From a virus (lineage: Duplodnaviria; Heunggongvirae; Uroviricota; Caudoviricetes): a DNA stretch of 64,000 nucleotides. The notes under the pieces were generated by a model. That model did not search any database. It had not been told where the DNA came from and was given only the letters and a program-made list of their open reading frames with translations. Positions within the stretch are counted from its first letter, which is position 1; every line of letters begins with the position of its first letter. This document shows, piece by piece, positions 1 through 9,538 of this stretch. The stretch covers positions 10,492 through 74,491 of the IMG/VR virus record IMGVR_UViG_3300042868_003052; one strand, 5' to 3'. The translations under genes and the position numbers were made by a program.

Positions 1-1320
1 GCGAGACGTGGTGAGACAGTTATCGATGCCTACCTGACTAACGCAGCTTACGCTTTTGTGACTGATGAAAACGGTACTATCACTAGCTATGCTGGAACTG
101 GTACTCAAATCTCATGTTATGAAGGTAATAGTAAGATTGTCTATGACGGCGTTGGCGTGAATCCAGGTACTTGGCGTGTAACAGCGTCAGGTTCCAATAT
201 TACACCAGCTGCTTTGAACACCTTTACGGTTGTAGATAGTAACACTGCAAACATTCCTGTAGCTTCCAATATGGCTGCAGATACTGCAACAATCACTTTC
301 ACAATAACAGGTAAGTCAACTACAGGAACAGCTTTTACTCTCACAAAGACTCAGCAGTTCACAAAGAACAAGCAGGGTGTGACTGGTAAGAAATCAGCAG
401 TTGTCAATCTTTACGTGTGGTCTACAGCTACACCACCTACGCCTATTGGAAGTTCTGTGTTTACATGGAGCGGTCTTACAAATACTAACTACACAAGTTC
501 TGGCGAATCCACGCCGTGGTCGACGACTGTCCCAACAAACCCAGGTACGCCTCTTCTGAAGCTTTGGGTTGCTACAAAACGAATTGAGGCTGTAAATACA
601 GCTACAACGACTAGTGTATATTGGACATCATCATCTGTTGGAGCAATGTCTCAAAACGGTCAAGCTGGTGTTAACGTTGCAACTGCCACGATGTATAAAT
701 GGGCAATCACAATACCTTCGGCGCCGTCTGGAAGTAATACTTGGACATGGGCTTCAAACGATTTCGACAGCATTAACGCCTCGAATGCATCAGCAGGTTG
801 GTCTAAAGTAATACCAACACCGACAGCTGGTATGACGTTGTGGGCTGCAGAAGTTAAACTTATGGATTCAGCTGTAAATGCTACAACAGCTATAAATTGG
901 GTTGTAGCGAACATAGCTGCCAAATCATATGCCGGTACTAATGGTGCGACAGGCCAGCAAGGCGCATCTTATAGGACTGCATTTACAGCATCGCAAGTGC
1001 CAACAGCAACTTATCAAAACATTGTAACAGTAGGGGCGAGTAGCCTCCCTCCTGTTAGTAGTTTTGGATTGACGAATGCAACTTGGAGCGCAAATGCGCC
1101 AGCAATCAACGCTGGTGAATATTTGTGGCAATCTGATGGTATATATGACCCCGTGACTAACAATGTGACTTGGACAACGCCATATTGGTCATCTTTAAAA
1201 GTTGGAAATCTATCGGCAATATCTGCCAACATGGGGACTGTGACAGCAGGTATTCTTAGAAATTCCTCTGGCACGTTTGAGATTAACCTAGATGCAGGAA
1301 CGATAACAATCGCTGTCTAA
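1..1320 (+). CDS. tail fibre-like structural protein, C-terminal part (5' end lies outside window)
   Basis: Reading frame is open from nt 1 with no upstream stop. Thr/Ser/Asn/Gly-rich fibre-like composition with collagen-like stretch GTNGATGQQGAS. Stop overlaps next start (TAATG). Confidence 0.45.
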   Translation, partial: ARRGETVIDAYLTNAAYAFVTDENGTITSYAGTGTQISCYEGNSKIVYDGVGVNPGTWRVTASGSNITPAALNTFTVVDSNTANIPVASNMAADTATITFTITGKSTTGTAFTLTKTQQFTKNKQGVTGKKSAVVNLYVWSTATPPTPIGSSVFTWSGLTNTNYTSSGESTPWSTTVPTNPGTPLLKLWVATKRIEAVNTATTTSVYWTSSSVGAMSQNGQAGVNVATATMYKWAITIPSAPSGSNTWTWASNDFDSINASNASAGWSKVIPTPTAGMTLWAAEVKLMDSAVNATTAINWVVANIAAKSYAGTNGATGQQGASYRTAFTASQVPTATYQNIVTVGASSLPPVSSFGLTNATWSANAPAINAGEYLWQSDGIYDPVTNNVTWTTPYWSSLKVGNLSAISANMGTVTAGILRNSSGTFEINLDAGTITIAV

Positions 1321-1862
1321 TGGAATATAAATTTTTTGAAGAAAGGATTGGTAAGACATTTGATGTTATTGAGGGTGAACTGGTGGAAAGCCCTTCGGGG
1401 CTTTTTACAGTATCAACTGTATATTCGAAGAATTCGATATATTTGAACACAATGACAAAAAGTGTGGTACTAATACCTGAGACTGGGAGTTACATAGGGC
1501 AGCCATATAAGCTACGTACGTCAGATTGCACAACACTCTGGACACGCTGGCTTGATGCTGAATTCGGGACAGAGTACGCAGATGTTTATAAAAACCTATC
1601 GCATAGAGATTTTTTAGCTTGGCTAAAAGGTGGTATGTGTCTGTACTTCGAATCGCAGCCTTTCAAAAGGATATCTGACGGTAATTTACAGAAAGGTGAC
1701 TGCCTAGTGTATAGCTTTAACAACAGAATCGATAGCCATGTTGCTATATACTTAGGTAACGAACGTATATTGCATCACCTACCTAAAAAGCTATCATCTG
1801 AAGATACACTTGACCGCTCTAAGATTATAGGGGCTTATAGATATGTTGAGACGAAAGTTTAA
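1320..1862 (+). CDS. NlpC/P60-family cell-wall peptidase-like protein (tail-associated lysin candidate)
   Basis: Candidate Cys nucleophile in SDCTTLW and His pair in GDCLVYSF..HVAIYLGNERILHH resemble the NlpC/P60 Cys-His-His arrangement. Sits inside the tail fibre operon, translationally coupled. Confidence 0.4.
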   Translation: MEYKFFEERIGKTFDVIEGELVESPSGLFTVSTVYSKNSIYLNTMTKSVVLIPETGSYIGQPYKLRTSDCTTLWTRWLDAEFGTEYADVYKNLSHRDFLAWLKGGMCLYFESQPFKRISDGNLQKGDCLVYSFNNRIDSHVAIYLGNERILHHLPKKLSSEDTLDRSKIIGAYRYVETKV

Positions 1863-2373
1863 GCTTGACAGTCAAAGTGGTGTCATGGCTATCATGGATT
1901 ATGGTACAAATGATGCTGCACTGTCCGACCCCTTATCTTACTTACCACAGCTTTATTTTCATTCAGGTTTAAACTACTCGTCAATTGCCGCGAAAACAAG
2001 TTCCAATGGTATTGTCTTCAGTGCATTATCTCGTAATTACACTACTTGGGATGATGGCGATAAGTGTGGGTGTTTCATAACGACAGCCGCTGTTCAAAGC
2101 AATGAAGTAGACGATGGTGATTTCCTTAACACTCTGAGGTTTTTCAGGGATACGTACATGAAATCACCCGACAGGGTGTGGATGGTCGAGCGTTATTATC
2201 AGACGGCACCGCAACTGGTTGACAAGATACACAGAATGCATAACTCACGTGAGGTTTTCAAAAAGATCTTTCAAGAATATTTAAGCGTAGCTGTAGATTG
2301 CATTAAAAGAGGCAATATGGAAGCCGCCTTAACTATTTATGAAGATATGTACAATTATGTAAAGGATTTATAA
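1843..2373 (+). CDS. hypothetical structural protein
   Basis: 176-aa ORF, start overlaps upstream gene, within tail module. Confidence 0.4.
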   Translation: MLRRKFKLDSQSGVMAIMDYGTNDAALSDPLSYLPQLYFHSGLNYSSIAAKTSSNGIVFSALSRNYTTWDDGDKCGCFITTAAVQSNEVDDGDFLNTLRFFRDTYMKSPDRVWMVERYYQTAPQLVDKIHRMHNSREVFKKIFQEYLSVAVDCIKRGNMEAALTIYEDMYNYVKDL

Positions 2374-2639
2374 TGGGTATGGCATATTACCCCACACAAT
2401 CTGTGGAGACCATCTTAGTTGGCCAAGTGCCGATTACATCTGCCTCATTCCTATTGCTATCTATTGGTGGTGTACTCTATCCTAATGGCTATCGTGTTGA
2501 CTACGATAAAGGCTATCGGCTTTTTACACCTACACTAGATAGTAACGGTAATGTAGCTATAGTCTGTATCTCAATGGCTTATGGACAGGATCTTCCAAGT
2601 TTTGCTCTAAACAATGTGGAGGTCTTTCTAATTGTCTAA
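2373..2639 (+). CDS. hypothetical protein
   Basis: 88-aa ORF, ATGA/TAATG coupling with neighbours. Confidence 0.35.
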   Translation: MGMAYYPTQSVETILVGQVPITSASFLLLSIGGVLYPNGYRVDYDKGYRLFTPTLDSNGNVAIVCISMAYGQDLPSFALNNVEVFLIV

Positions 2640-3354
2640 TAAAACCATTTCAATAAGCCCCAATAGGATTCTTATACAGCATAAAGTAGACTTGTGGAAG
2701 CTTGGCAGTTATATGGCTACTAAGTTTGATACAGAGCTGGGCTATCTGATGACAGATACAGCCGGTAATTTGAAAGCAGGCGGCTACTCTAAGTGTCCAA
2801 CTTTTTATGGAAGAAGTTCTGACCCTAGTAGCGGCATAGGCGATAAAGACAACGGGTGGTGGCCTACCGACCTAGTCTCTGGTGCGTTTAACTATTCTGG
2901 GCAAGATATCTATCTAGATATCCCTAGATGGGATCAATACAAACAAGTTGTTCAGACTTCATCGGGCTTTTCTAGACAATACTTTAGCTCATATCAGACA
3001 ATATATATGGGTAATACACCTGTCGGTACCTTTCGATGGACTGCAGCATACGTACCTGTCGGCACTGATAGTGAAGGCGGTACATATTACAATATGGCAG
3101 TTTGGGTAACAAATGTAAGTCTGTGGTCAGGCGCGATATCAGGTGTGTTTAGGTTTCCGTATGTAAATATAGATGCTTGGACAGCGACCCTAGATTATGG
3201 TGATGGGCCGTTTGTAGCGACATTTGGTCAATACGAGAAATATCAAGATGAGGGTGGAGGTTACTTTTACAGATATCCATCCCCAGTCTTCAATAACTTC
3301 TGTTTGATGTTCTTAAAGAATTCTGTAACGCTATCGATATCGGTGACAAGATGA
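2632..3354 (+). CDS. hypothetical tail/baseplate-associated protein
   Basis: 240-aa ORF, Gly/Ser/Tyr-rich, coupled to neighbours in tail module. Confidence 0.4.
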   Translation: MSNKTISISPNRILIQHKVDLWKLGSYMATKFDTELGYLMTDTAGNLKAGGYSKCPTFYGRSSDPSSGIGDKDNGWWPTDLVSGAFNYSGQDIYLDIPRWDQYKQVVQTSSGFSRQYFSSYQTIYMGNTPVGTFRWTAAYVPVGTDSEGGTYYNMAVWVTNVSLWSGAISGVFRFPYVNIDAWTATLDYGDGPFVATFGQYEKYQDEGGGYFYRYPSPVFNNFCLMFLKNSVTLSISVTR

Positions 3355-3800
3355 GTTTAAAAATATCCCAAAATCAAATACTAGTGCAGCGCGCAGATGG
3401 ATCTGTCAAGTTCACAAGTGACAACAAACTGATCTACCAAAAGTTTTTCAAGTCTGCAACAATTACAGTAGCAAGTGCTACAGTTAAAGAATCTTTTCAA
3501 GCGATGGGTGAAAAGGATTTTTTGATAATTTCAGTAAATATTGTAAGCAGTAACGGCAATGTGAATGGCAATACAGGCATAGTAGGTAAAGCTATTCCTG
3601 CTAACGGCTCACTGCTTATTGATGTTTATGGGCGTGCTGAAGGCAATAGCGGCGCTTGCGATATTGAGTACTTAGGTATCAATGTGTGCGGCTCTGATCT
3701 CGTCTTCAACACAATACGGTTCAACGCCGACGGTGTAATGTCTAAAGGTCAAAAGACGACTCAACTGACATACACTGCCGCAATTTTTAGTTATTTATAA
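3351..3800 (+). CDS. hypothetical tail-associated protein
   Basis: 149-aa ORF overlapping neighbours (ATGA). Confidence 0.4.
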   Translation: MSLKISQNQILVQRADGSVKFTSDNKLIYQKFFKSATITVASATVKESFQAMGEKDFLIISVNIVSSNGNVNGNTGIVGKAIPANGSLLIDVYGRAEGNSGACDIEYLGINVCGSDLVFNTIRFNADGVMSKGQKTTQLTYTAAIFSYL

Positions 3801-4018
3801 TGAATCTGCAAAACAAGAATGTGACAATCGAGTCATTAAGTGTCAATAGCTATCCTCCGGAATCTACTGTGAAAGTTGCAGTCTCTGAGGAATTGCTACC
3901 AGGTGTCTTTAAAAACTTAGGTACATATACCTTAAAGTTTGAGATGGTTTTCAACAGCTTCAATGACCCAAATCTTTTGGCAGTTGTAGCTGATATGCTG
4001 GAACAATTACCTGATTAA
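3800..4018 (+). CDS. hypothetical protein
   Basis: 72-aa ORF, TAATG coupling to upstream gene, last gene before the lysis promoter. Confidence 0.35.
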   Translation: MNLQNKNVTIESLSVNSYPPESTVKVAVSEELLPGVFKNLGTYTLKFEMVFNSFNDPNLLAVVADMLEQLPD

Positions 4019-4021
4019 CGG

Positions 4022-4041
4022 AAGCCCGTTAACTTAACCCT
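4022..4041 (+). promoter_or_regulatory. phage-specific promoter-like element, copy 1 (aAGCCCGTTAACTTAACCCT)
   Basis: One of six near-identical 17-21-nt elements, all on the + strand and all in intergenic positions upstream of strongly expressed genes. Core TTAACCCT is shared with the T3 RNAP promoter. Confidence 0.55.
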
Positions 4042-4121
4042 AAAGACGCCCCTCCGAATTGTATCTAACTATAATCAGTTAGTTATGTATTCATCATAAA
4101 TCAATCAATCTAAGGATAACT

Positions 4122-4649
4122 ATGATTCCACTTCTTTTAGCCCCTCTGATATCCCAAGGGCTAACTCTCATTGGAAACGCTGTGATGGCGAAAGGGAAAG
4201 AATGGGTTGAAGAGAAAACTGGTGTAGATGTCTCTAAAGCTGTGTTGAGTCAAGATGACCTCTTGAAACTTAAACAGTATGAGATGGAGCACGAGGAAGA
4301 GCTTATGAAGCTTCGTATTGAAGATGATAAGCTGGATATTGAAGCTTTCAAAATTGAAGCCAAAGATCGAGATTCAGCCCGTGAGCGAGACTCTGAATTC
4401 ATTAAACATGGTGTTAAAAACAACCGTGCTAACGTGATGTTCTTCCTCGCTGTTGTGATGGTAGGTCTTCTTGTGTGGATTGTGTGGAAAGACCCAGGTA
4501 TCAACGAGTATGTGAAGGGTATCTTTACTCTGGTGCTCGGACGATTCCTTGGCTATCTTGACAACATTTACAACTTTGAGTTTGGCACTACTCGTGGTAG
4601 CCAGAACAAAGATGAGACCATCAAGCAACTTAGTGGAGGTTCGAAATGA
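4122..4649 (+). CDS. holin-like membrane protein
   Basis: First gene after the promoter element. Hydrophobic N-terminus and a transmembrane stretch FFLAVVMVGLLVWIVW. Stop overlaps start of the M15 endolysin gene. Confidence 0.45.
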   Translation: MIPLLLAPLISQGLTLIGNAVMAKGKEWVEEKTGVDVSKAVLSQDDLLKLKQYEMEHEEELMKLRIEDDKLDIEAFKIEAKDRDSARERDSEFIKHGVKNNRANVMFFLAVVMVGLLVWIVWKDPGINEYVKGIFTLVLGRFLGYLDNIYNFEFGTTRGSQNKDETIKQLSGGSK

Positions 4650-4972
4650 CTCTAGGCCAACACCAAGAAGCCTTCTCTCGTGATCTTGTTAAGTTGCTCT
4701 CCAAAGCCTTTGAACTAGGCTATGAGGTGCGTATCGGCGAAGTCGAGCGTACTGTGGAGCAACAACAGATCTACATCAAGACAGGTCGCTCTAAAACAAT
4801 GGATAGCCGCCATTTGAAGAAGTGTGCAGCTGATCTTCACTTCATTAAAGGTGGAGTATTGTGTTACCCGCAAGAGCTTGGTACATATTGGGAAACCTTG
4901 TCGCCACTTAACTCTTGGGGTGGTAACTGGAACTCATTTAAAGATAAACCTCACTTCGAACGTAAAGTCTAA
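4646..4972 (+). CDS. endolysin, peptidase M15-family (L-alanyl-D-glutamate peptidase-like)
   Basis: Candidate zinc-ligand pattern H..SRHL..AADLH and C-terminal DKPHFE resemble T5-type M15 endolysins. Confidence 0.65.
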   Translation: MTLGQHQEAFSRDLVKLLSKAFELGYEVRIGEVERTVEQQQIYIKTGRSKTMDSRHLKKCAADLHFIKGGVLCYPQELGTYWETLSPLNSWGGNWNSFKDKPHFERKV

Positions 4973-4980
4973 GTAGACAG

Positions 4981-5003
4981 ATACCCTACCTCGTGTAGGG
5001 TAT
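4981..5003 (+). terminator. stem-loop (ataccctac-ctcgt-gtagggtat) after endolysin gene
   Basis: Perfect 9-bp inverted repeat directly downstream of the stop. Not followed by a clear T-tract, so this may be a processing site rather than an intrinsic terminator. Confidence 0.35.
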
Positions 5004-5007
5004 TAAA

Positions 5008-5036
5008 TTGCGACAAAGACAGTATCTTATATGAAA
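5008..5036 (+). promoter_or_regulatory. early-promoter-like motif copy 1 (TTGCGa..GTATCTTATATGA)
   Basis: Three near-identical copies (5008, 5724, 25187) plus one degenerate copy (38010). Spacing of TTGCGg to TATGAT is 16-17 bp, sigma70-like. Confidence 0.4.
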
Positions 5037-5046
5037 AGGAGGTACT

Positions 5047-5547
5047 ATGCAGTACTTAATCTGTCTACTCTGTTTCTTGATGCCGACGTTGCTTGATAAA
5101 AGCGAAGTTGTGTATGATGAAGCCAAGAATAGAGAAATTATATGTGTCATCACTAACGCTTATCACGAAGCTAGAGGTGAAGGTACGTATGGGATGAAAT
5201 TAGTTTCCACAGTGGCTTACAATCGCGCCAAGCAAAAGGGCGAGTCACTCTGCAAAACAATTTACAAACCAAATCAATTCTCGTGGACTAGAGCTAAAAG
5301 GCTACCAAAAGTACCTGATAGCTTCATTTACAGTTTCTGGCAAACAGCTAGAGATGTCGTAGATGGTGTCCAAGTTGTAGACGATAAGCACAAGCAAGTC
5401 TTCTACTTCCATGCCAAGCGCGTTAAACCGTATTGGCGTTCAGCAGTGCAACAAATCGTTGTACATAACAATCATGTCTTTTATGGAGCCTCAAATGAAA
5501 TTCGCAGCAATCCTTCTCGCTATCGTCTCAACAACCGTCTTGGCTGA
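5047..5547 (+). CDS. SleB-like cell wall hydrolase (Hydrolase_2 family) with N-terminal signal/anchor
   Basis: Motifs ICVITNAYHEARGE..VAYNR..QFSWT are typical of the SleB/Hydrolase_2 family. Hydrophobic N-terminus MQYLICLLCFLMPTLL. RBS aaaggagg. Confidence 0.55.
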   Translation: MQYLICLLCFLMPTLLDKSEVVYDEAKNREIICVITNAYHEARGEGTYGMKLVSTVAYNRAKQKGESLCKTIYKPNQFSWTRAKRLPKVPDSFIYSFWQTARDVVDGVQVVDDKHKQVFYFHAKRVKPYWRSAVQQIVVHNNHVFYGASNEIRSNPSRYRLNNRLG

Positions 5548-5722
5548 ACAGCGTATTGTGCAAACAGATTCGATCGGTAACGGTCAATATCATAAGCCTC
5601 AATATGTTGTTCGAGATGGTAAGATCTACCAATCGGACAGTATTGGCAATCCTCAGTACCATAAAGGTAGTTTGACGGTTGTTAAGACTACACCGAAATC
5701 AACTAACACCGCAAAGAAATAA
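5495..5722 (+). CDS. small secreted protein with internal tandem repeat
   Basis: Signal peptide MKFAAILLAIVSTTVLA. Repeats QTDSIGNGQYHKPQYV / QSDSIGNPQYHKGSL. Start at internal ATG 5495 with RBS ggag. Overlaps end of the SleB-like gene. Confidence 0.4.
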   Translation: MKFAAILLAIVSTTVLAEQRIVQTDSIGNGQYHKPQYVVRDGKIYQSDSIGNPQYHKGSLTVVKTTPKSTNTAKK

Positions 5723-5723
5723 C

Positions 5724-5752
5724 TGCGGAAATTTTAGTATCTTATATGATAA
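5724..5752 (+). promoter_or_regulatory. early-promoter-like motif copy 2 (cTGCGG..GTATCTTATATGATAA)
   Basis: Same motif as 5008 and 25187. Preceded by hairpin ccgca..tgcgg. Confidence 0.4.
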
Positions 5753-5786
5753 CAAGAAGTTATCTAACTAACCACAAGGACTTTAA

Positions 5787-6008
5787 ATGTTTCTCTTGAT
5801 CAAAATCGCATGTATCGCTGTCATCATCGCAATGTCTTTGGCTGCTATCAGTTTTCTGTTTCGGCTATTTGGCAGTATTGTGGCCTTCCGGTTCTGGTTT
5901 AAGAACAAAGATAAGATAGATGAAGCTGTAAAAGAATCATCTAACTTCTTTAAGTTCTGGAGTCAGTTCGACGAAGTTAACATTGAGACGAAAGGAGAGT
6001 CAAAATGA
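5787..6008 (+). CDS. small membrane protein (early region)
   Basis: 73 aa with one N-terminal TM. Preceded by conserved 5' leader AACTAACCACAAGG. Confidence 0.45.
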   Translation: MFLLIKIACIAVIIAMSLAAISFLFRLFGSIVAFRFWFKNKDKIDEAVKESSNFFKFWSQFDEVNIETKGESK

Positions 6009-6178
6009 AAGGATCTATGCGCATCATCGTAGGATTTCTTATCACTTACGGCTCTGTAGGTGGCATTGAGACAGGCACAGCTTCTCTGATCCAAGGTATG
6101 CTACTCGCTGCCGTTGGTTTGGCGTTGCTGTACTCTGGCGCAGTGGCTGCTACAAAAGGACAACTGATGAGGCTTTAA
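6005..6178 (+). CDS. small membrane protein (57 aa)
   Basis: ATGA overlap with upstream gene. Two hydrophobic segments. Not in the ORF track because it is under 60 aa. Confidence 0.3.
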   Translation: MKGSMRIIVGFLITYGSVGGIETGTASLIQGMLLAAVGLALLYSGAVAATKGQLMRL

Positions 6179-6244
6179 TAGCCGAAACCTAGGGCACTCA
6201 CAAGGTGCCCAATGGTCTTGTTCAACTAACCACAAGGGTTTAAA

Positions 6245-6481
6245 ATGTTTCCTAAATTCATCTTCTCAGCTATCGGTGGCCTTCGCACAATGTGGGCTTT
6301 CATCGTAGTAGGCGCAATCATTGCGTTCTATACAGCACCCTCTTTTCTGGGTGTGGTGTTCATCACAGCATCTGTGATTGGTATTGTCAAAGTTGCAGCA
6401 CTGATTGGGTTCGCAGTAGGTACTCTGATTCGGTTTATGCTCCCTATTAAGGTAGCGTTTGCTGGAAAGGAGGAGCTATGA
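6245..6481 (+). CDS. small multi-TM membrane protein, paralog A
   Basis: 78 aa, clearly similar to 6478..6723. Same conserved 5' leader as gene 5787. Confidence 0.45.
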   Translation: MFPKFIFSAIGGLRTMWAFIVVGAIIAFYTAPSFLGVVFITASVIGIVKVAALIGFAVGTLIRFMLPIKVAFAGKEEL

Positions 6482-6723
6482 AAATACTTAGTTCAGTGCT
6501 ATTTGGCATTAAGACAGCGTTGATAGTGGCAATCATTGGAGGCGTTCTAGCCTTCCTTGGTGCACCTGTCTTCTTTGGCTTGGTGATAATTACGTCTTCA
6601 GTTATCATGACTGTATGTGCGTATGTGATCGCTAGTTTTGTGATTTCAGCGCTCCTCCATTACTATAACAAAGTGGTGGCAGAGCGTTCACAAAATGGCG
6701 ATTCCAAAGACAGTACTCATTGA
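6478..6723 (+). CDS. small multi-TM membrane protein, paralog B
   Basis: 81 aa. AIIGGVLAFLGAPVFFGLVIITSSVIM matches VVGAIIAFYTAPSFLGVVFITASVIG of the upstream gene. Confidence 0.45.
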   Translation: MKILSSVLFGIKTALIVAIIGGVLAFLGAPVFFGLVIITSSVIMTVCAYVIASFVISALLHYYNKVVAERSQNGDSKDSTH

Positions 6724-7027
6724 AGGTTATTACTTCGTCGGAGACGCTGTAAAGGATAAGGCCAAAGAAAAGCATGAGTATCCAGACTTGTCTAGAACAC
6801 TAGTATCTGATAAGTTGTTTAAATTCTCTGCTAGGAGATTTAAACTTGCTGATCTGCATGTCTTGCCATTACAGCGTCTTTATGGTTCTTTTGTTAATTC
6901 TAAAGAGGTTCAAGGTGTTATTGACACAACAGGGTCGCTTATCCCGTTCTTCATTGATAGACAAAAAGTAAAAAAGCTACAAGAGCTGATACTGACTTCG
7001 AGAGATTCAACTGACGTACACTTGTAG
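6695..7027 (+). CDS. hypothetical early protein
   Basis: 110-aa soluble ORF, followed by terminator. Confidence 0.35.
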   Translation: MAIPKTVLIEGYYFVGDAVKDKAKEKHEYPDLSRTLVSDKLFKFSARRFKLADLHVLPLQRLYGSFVNSKEVQGVIDTTGSLIPFFIDRQKVKKLQELILTSRDSTDVHL

Positions 7028-7092
7028 TGTCGTGGCCACGGGCATTCCTTAACGGGAGTGTTCGTGGCCGAATTTGTTTTTATTTTTTGTTT
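7028..7092 (+). terminator. intrinsic terminator-like hairpin plus T-tract before RNAP gene
   Basis: Palindromic cgtggccacg .. cgtggccg followed by aatttgtttttattttttgttt. Confidence 0.45.
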
Positions 7093-7297
7093 GAGGTTAT
7101 ATGACAAAAACAGATTCAAAAATCCTACACTACGTTTTGTTGGTTGCTATACTCTTTTTCTTTTCAAAACTTTCTTTAGATGCAGTACTATTAGGGGCAC
7201 TTGCTATTAAACTTTACCAAGATCGTTTTCATGGTTAAGTTTTTAGTCGGCCTTTATTTGATCACACTTGTTCCAAAAATCATGAGACTAATCGACT

Positions 7298-9538
7298 ATG
7301 AGAAAAAAGCTGATAGCTTCACTCAAGGAAAGACTAGACACTGAAGTTGGCGTACAAAACCCTGTTAAGTTCTTAAAGAACTACGAGGTTGAAACATACG
7401 TTGACACAGTGATTGCTGTCTTATATCTATACACCAGACCAAAGAAAGGACTAAACAAACAATCAATATATCTTGCAGAAATGATCTGTGCAATAGGTCA
7501 TGCTGTCAGGAATAAAGTTAAGGTGAAGCGAGATTCAGCCCTAGCCGCCAAATCAGGTGCGTTCATATTGTACACATTTGAACTGTTTGAAATTGTACAA
7601 GTTGTAATGGGTCAAGCTTCAAACGGACATGGTGGTTACGTAGTCCATGTTCTGAATGAAGATGCCATCTCTGCAATGTGGAATCAACTTGACCCTGAAA
7701 AGGTTGAGAAGCTTCCTTCTGAAACACCTTACGAACCCTGGACAACTGCAAAACACCCAACAGGTGCATTGTTGGTGAAAACAGGTAACAAAGATGTTAT
7801 CGATTCGTTGACAGTTGAGACTCATCCTATTGTGTTTAATTGCATAAATAAAGCACAAGCTGTAGGTTGGAATATCAATAAGGCTGTCTTTGATTTACAT
7901 AGCTGGGCACTTAGAAATAAGACTGATGCTTTTGCTGAGATTTGGGAGTTACAAAATGCTGAAGCTAGAACCACGAAGATGCGGGAAGCTAAGTCGATTG
8001 GTGATATTGCTAAACGTTTTCTTAACAAAACGTTCTATCACTTATACTACTACGATTTCCGTGGCAGGAAATACCCAGCTTCTGCGTATCTACATGAACA
8101 AGGGTCTGATCTTGCCAGAGGACTTCTCCTTCGATCAGATAAAAAGGCTATTGGAAAGGATGGTTTCTTTTGGCTTCTCGTTTCCATCGCCTCAAACTGG
8201 GCAGGGGATTCTGGTAGAGCTGACTCAGCCAAGACCGATAAAATTCCGCTTTCTGAAAGAGCCGCTTGGGTCTTAGATAACGAGGAAATCATCTTGTCCT
8301 ATGCTGAATCACCTAAGGTAAATCAAGGGTGGATGAAAGCTGACAAGCCTTGGCAGTTCATCGCTGCATGCTTTGAGCTGAGTAAGCTGCGTATCTGGCA
8401 ATTTGAGAATGGTGGAGACTTTGAAAACTATGACTATGAGTCTCATCTTGAGTGCTATATTGACGGTTCAAACAACGGTAGCCAGCATCTCTCAGCATTG
8501 ACTAAAGACGATATCACTGCACCTCACGTTAATCTTGTGCCATTACCTTTGCCAGGTGACCTGTACAAGTATGTCGGTGATCACGTCTGGGAGACACTTG
8601 CACAGCGTAGAGAGTCTTTGTCACCAGAAGATATCAAAGCCGCTGAAGTGTTTGTAGATACATTGATCGACTTTAAAAAGAAGATCCATGAGACACAACC
8701 TAGAAGTGAGCAGCGAAAAGAGTTGGTAGCTCAGATTCAAAGCTTTAAAGATAAGAACTCAAAAATTATCGATAAAGCAGCGATCATCTATTGGATGCGA
8801 ATCAAAGACGCGAAGCATCGTCGCAAGGTTGTCAAGAGGAATGTCATGACACTCCCCTATGGTGGTACTGCCTACGGGCTTGGTCAGCAGCAGATTGATG
8901 ATGCTAAAAAGCACGGCATTGACCTGCTGATGCATATGGAGCACAAGTGGGGTGCTTTCCTCGGGCGTGAGATATACGAGGACTGCAAGACATCCTTAAA
9001 GCGTCCAATGCAGCTACTTAGTGTGTTTGAGAGAGCAGGTCGTGAGGCTGAGGCTCGCGGTGAGTTCCTGCACTGGAATGTACCTGTTACAAACTTTCCA
9101 GTAGTTCAGAATTACACCGAAGGTAAGGTAAAGAAGATCTGGATTCAGTATGGTCCACCGATTGGTGAACGTCTTAATACAGGTTACTTTATCAACACAC
9201 TACAACTGTTTATTTGTCATATTGAAGATCCGATACCTTCAAAGGGTAAACAGGCTTCAGGTGCTAGTCCTAATGCTATACATAGTTTGGATGCAGCACA
9301 TTTGGCAATAACAGTAGACGCTTGTGACTTTCCTATCACAACGATTCACGATAGTTTCGGTTCACTACTAGCAGATATGCCAGTGTTGTTCAGAACAATT
9401 CGTGAGACTTTTGTTCAACTGTATGAGGCTGATCCATTGACATCTATGATAGCTGATATTAGAGGTGACATCTCTAATGTGCAATTTGGCAATCTAGATA
9501 TCAAACTAGTCCTTGAATCGGAGTATTGTTTCGCATGA
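7298..9538 (+). CDS. T7-like single-subunit DNA-dependent RNA polymerase (RNAP 1)
   Basis: Contains T7-type motifs: YDFRGRKYP (T/DxxGR), RKVVKRNVMTLPYGG (motif B), IHDSFGSLLADMP (motif C). C-terminus ...ESEYCFA resembles T7 ...DFAFA. Confidence 0.9.
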   Translation: MRKKLIASLKERLDTEVGVQNPVKFLKNYEVETYVDTVIAVLYLYTRPKKGLNKQSIYLAEMICAIGHAVRNKVKVKRDSALAAKSGAFILYTFELFEIVQVVMGQASNGHGGYVVHVLNEDAISAMWNQLDPEKVEKLPSETPYEPWTTAKHPTGALLVKTGNKDVIDSLTVETHPIVFNCINKAQAVGWNINKAVFDLHSWALRNKTDAFAEIWELQNAEARTTKMREAKSIGDIAKRFLNKTFYHLYYYDFRGRKYPASAYLHEQGSDLARGLLLRSDKKAIGKDGFFWLLVSIASNWAGDSGRADSAKTDKIPLSERAAWVLDNEEIILSYAESPKVNQGWMKADKPWQFIAACFELSKLRIWQFENGGDFENYDYESHLECYIDGSNNGSQHLSALTKDDITAPHVNLVPLPLPGDLYKYVGDHVWETLAQRRESLSPEDIKAAEVFVDTLIDFKKKIHETQPRSEQRKELVAQIQSFKDKNSKIIDKAAIIYWMRIKDAKHRRKVVKRNVMTLPYGGTAYGLGQQQIDDAKKHGIDLLMHMEHKWGAFLGREIYEDCKTSLKRPMQLLSVFERAGREAEARGEFLHWNVPVTNFPVVQNYTEGKVKKIWIQYGPPIGERLNTGYFINTLQLFICHIEDPIPSKGKQASGASPNAIHSLDAAHLAITVDACDFPITTIHDSFGSLLADMPVLFRTIRETFVQLYEADPLTSMIADIRGDISNVQFGNLDIKLVLESEYCFA

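Noticed and set aside
7101-7238. 45-aa hydrophobic ORF in the leader upstream of the RNAP 1 gene
   Set aside because: Too short and lacks a convincing RBS. More likely part of a regulatory leader region.
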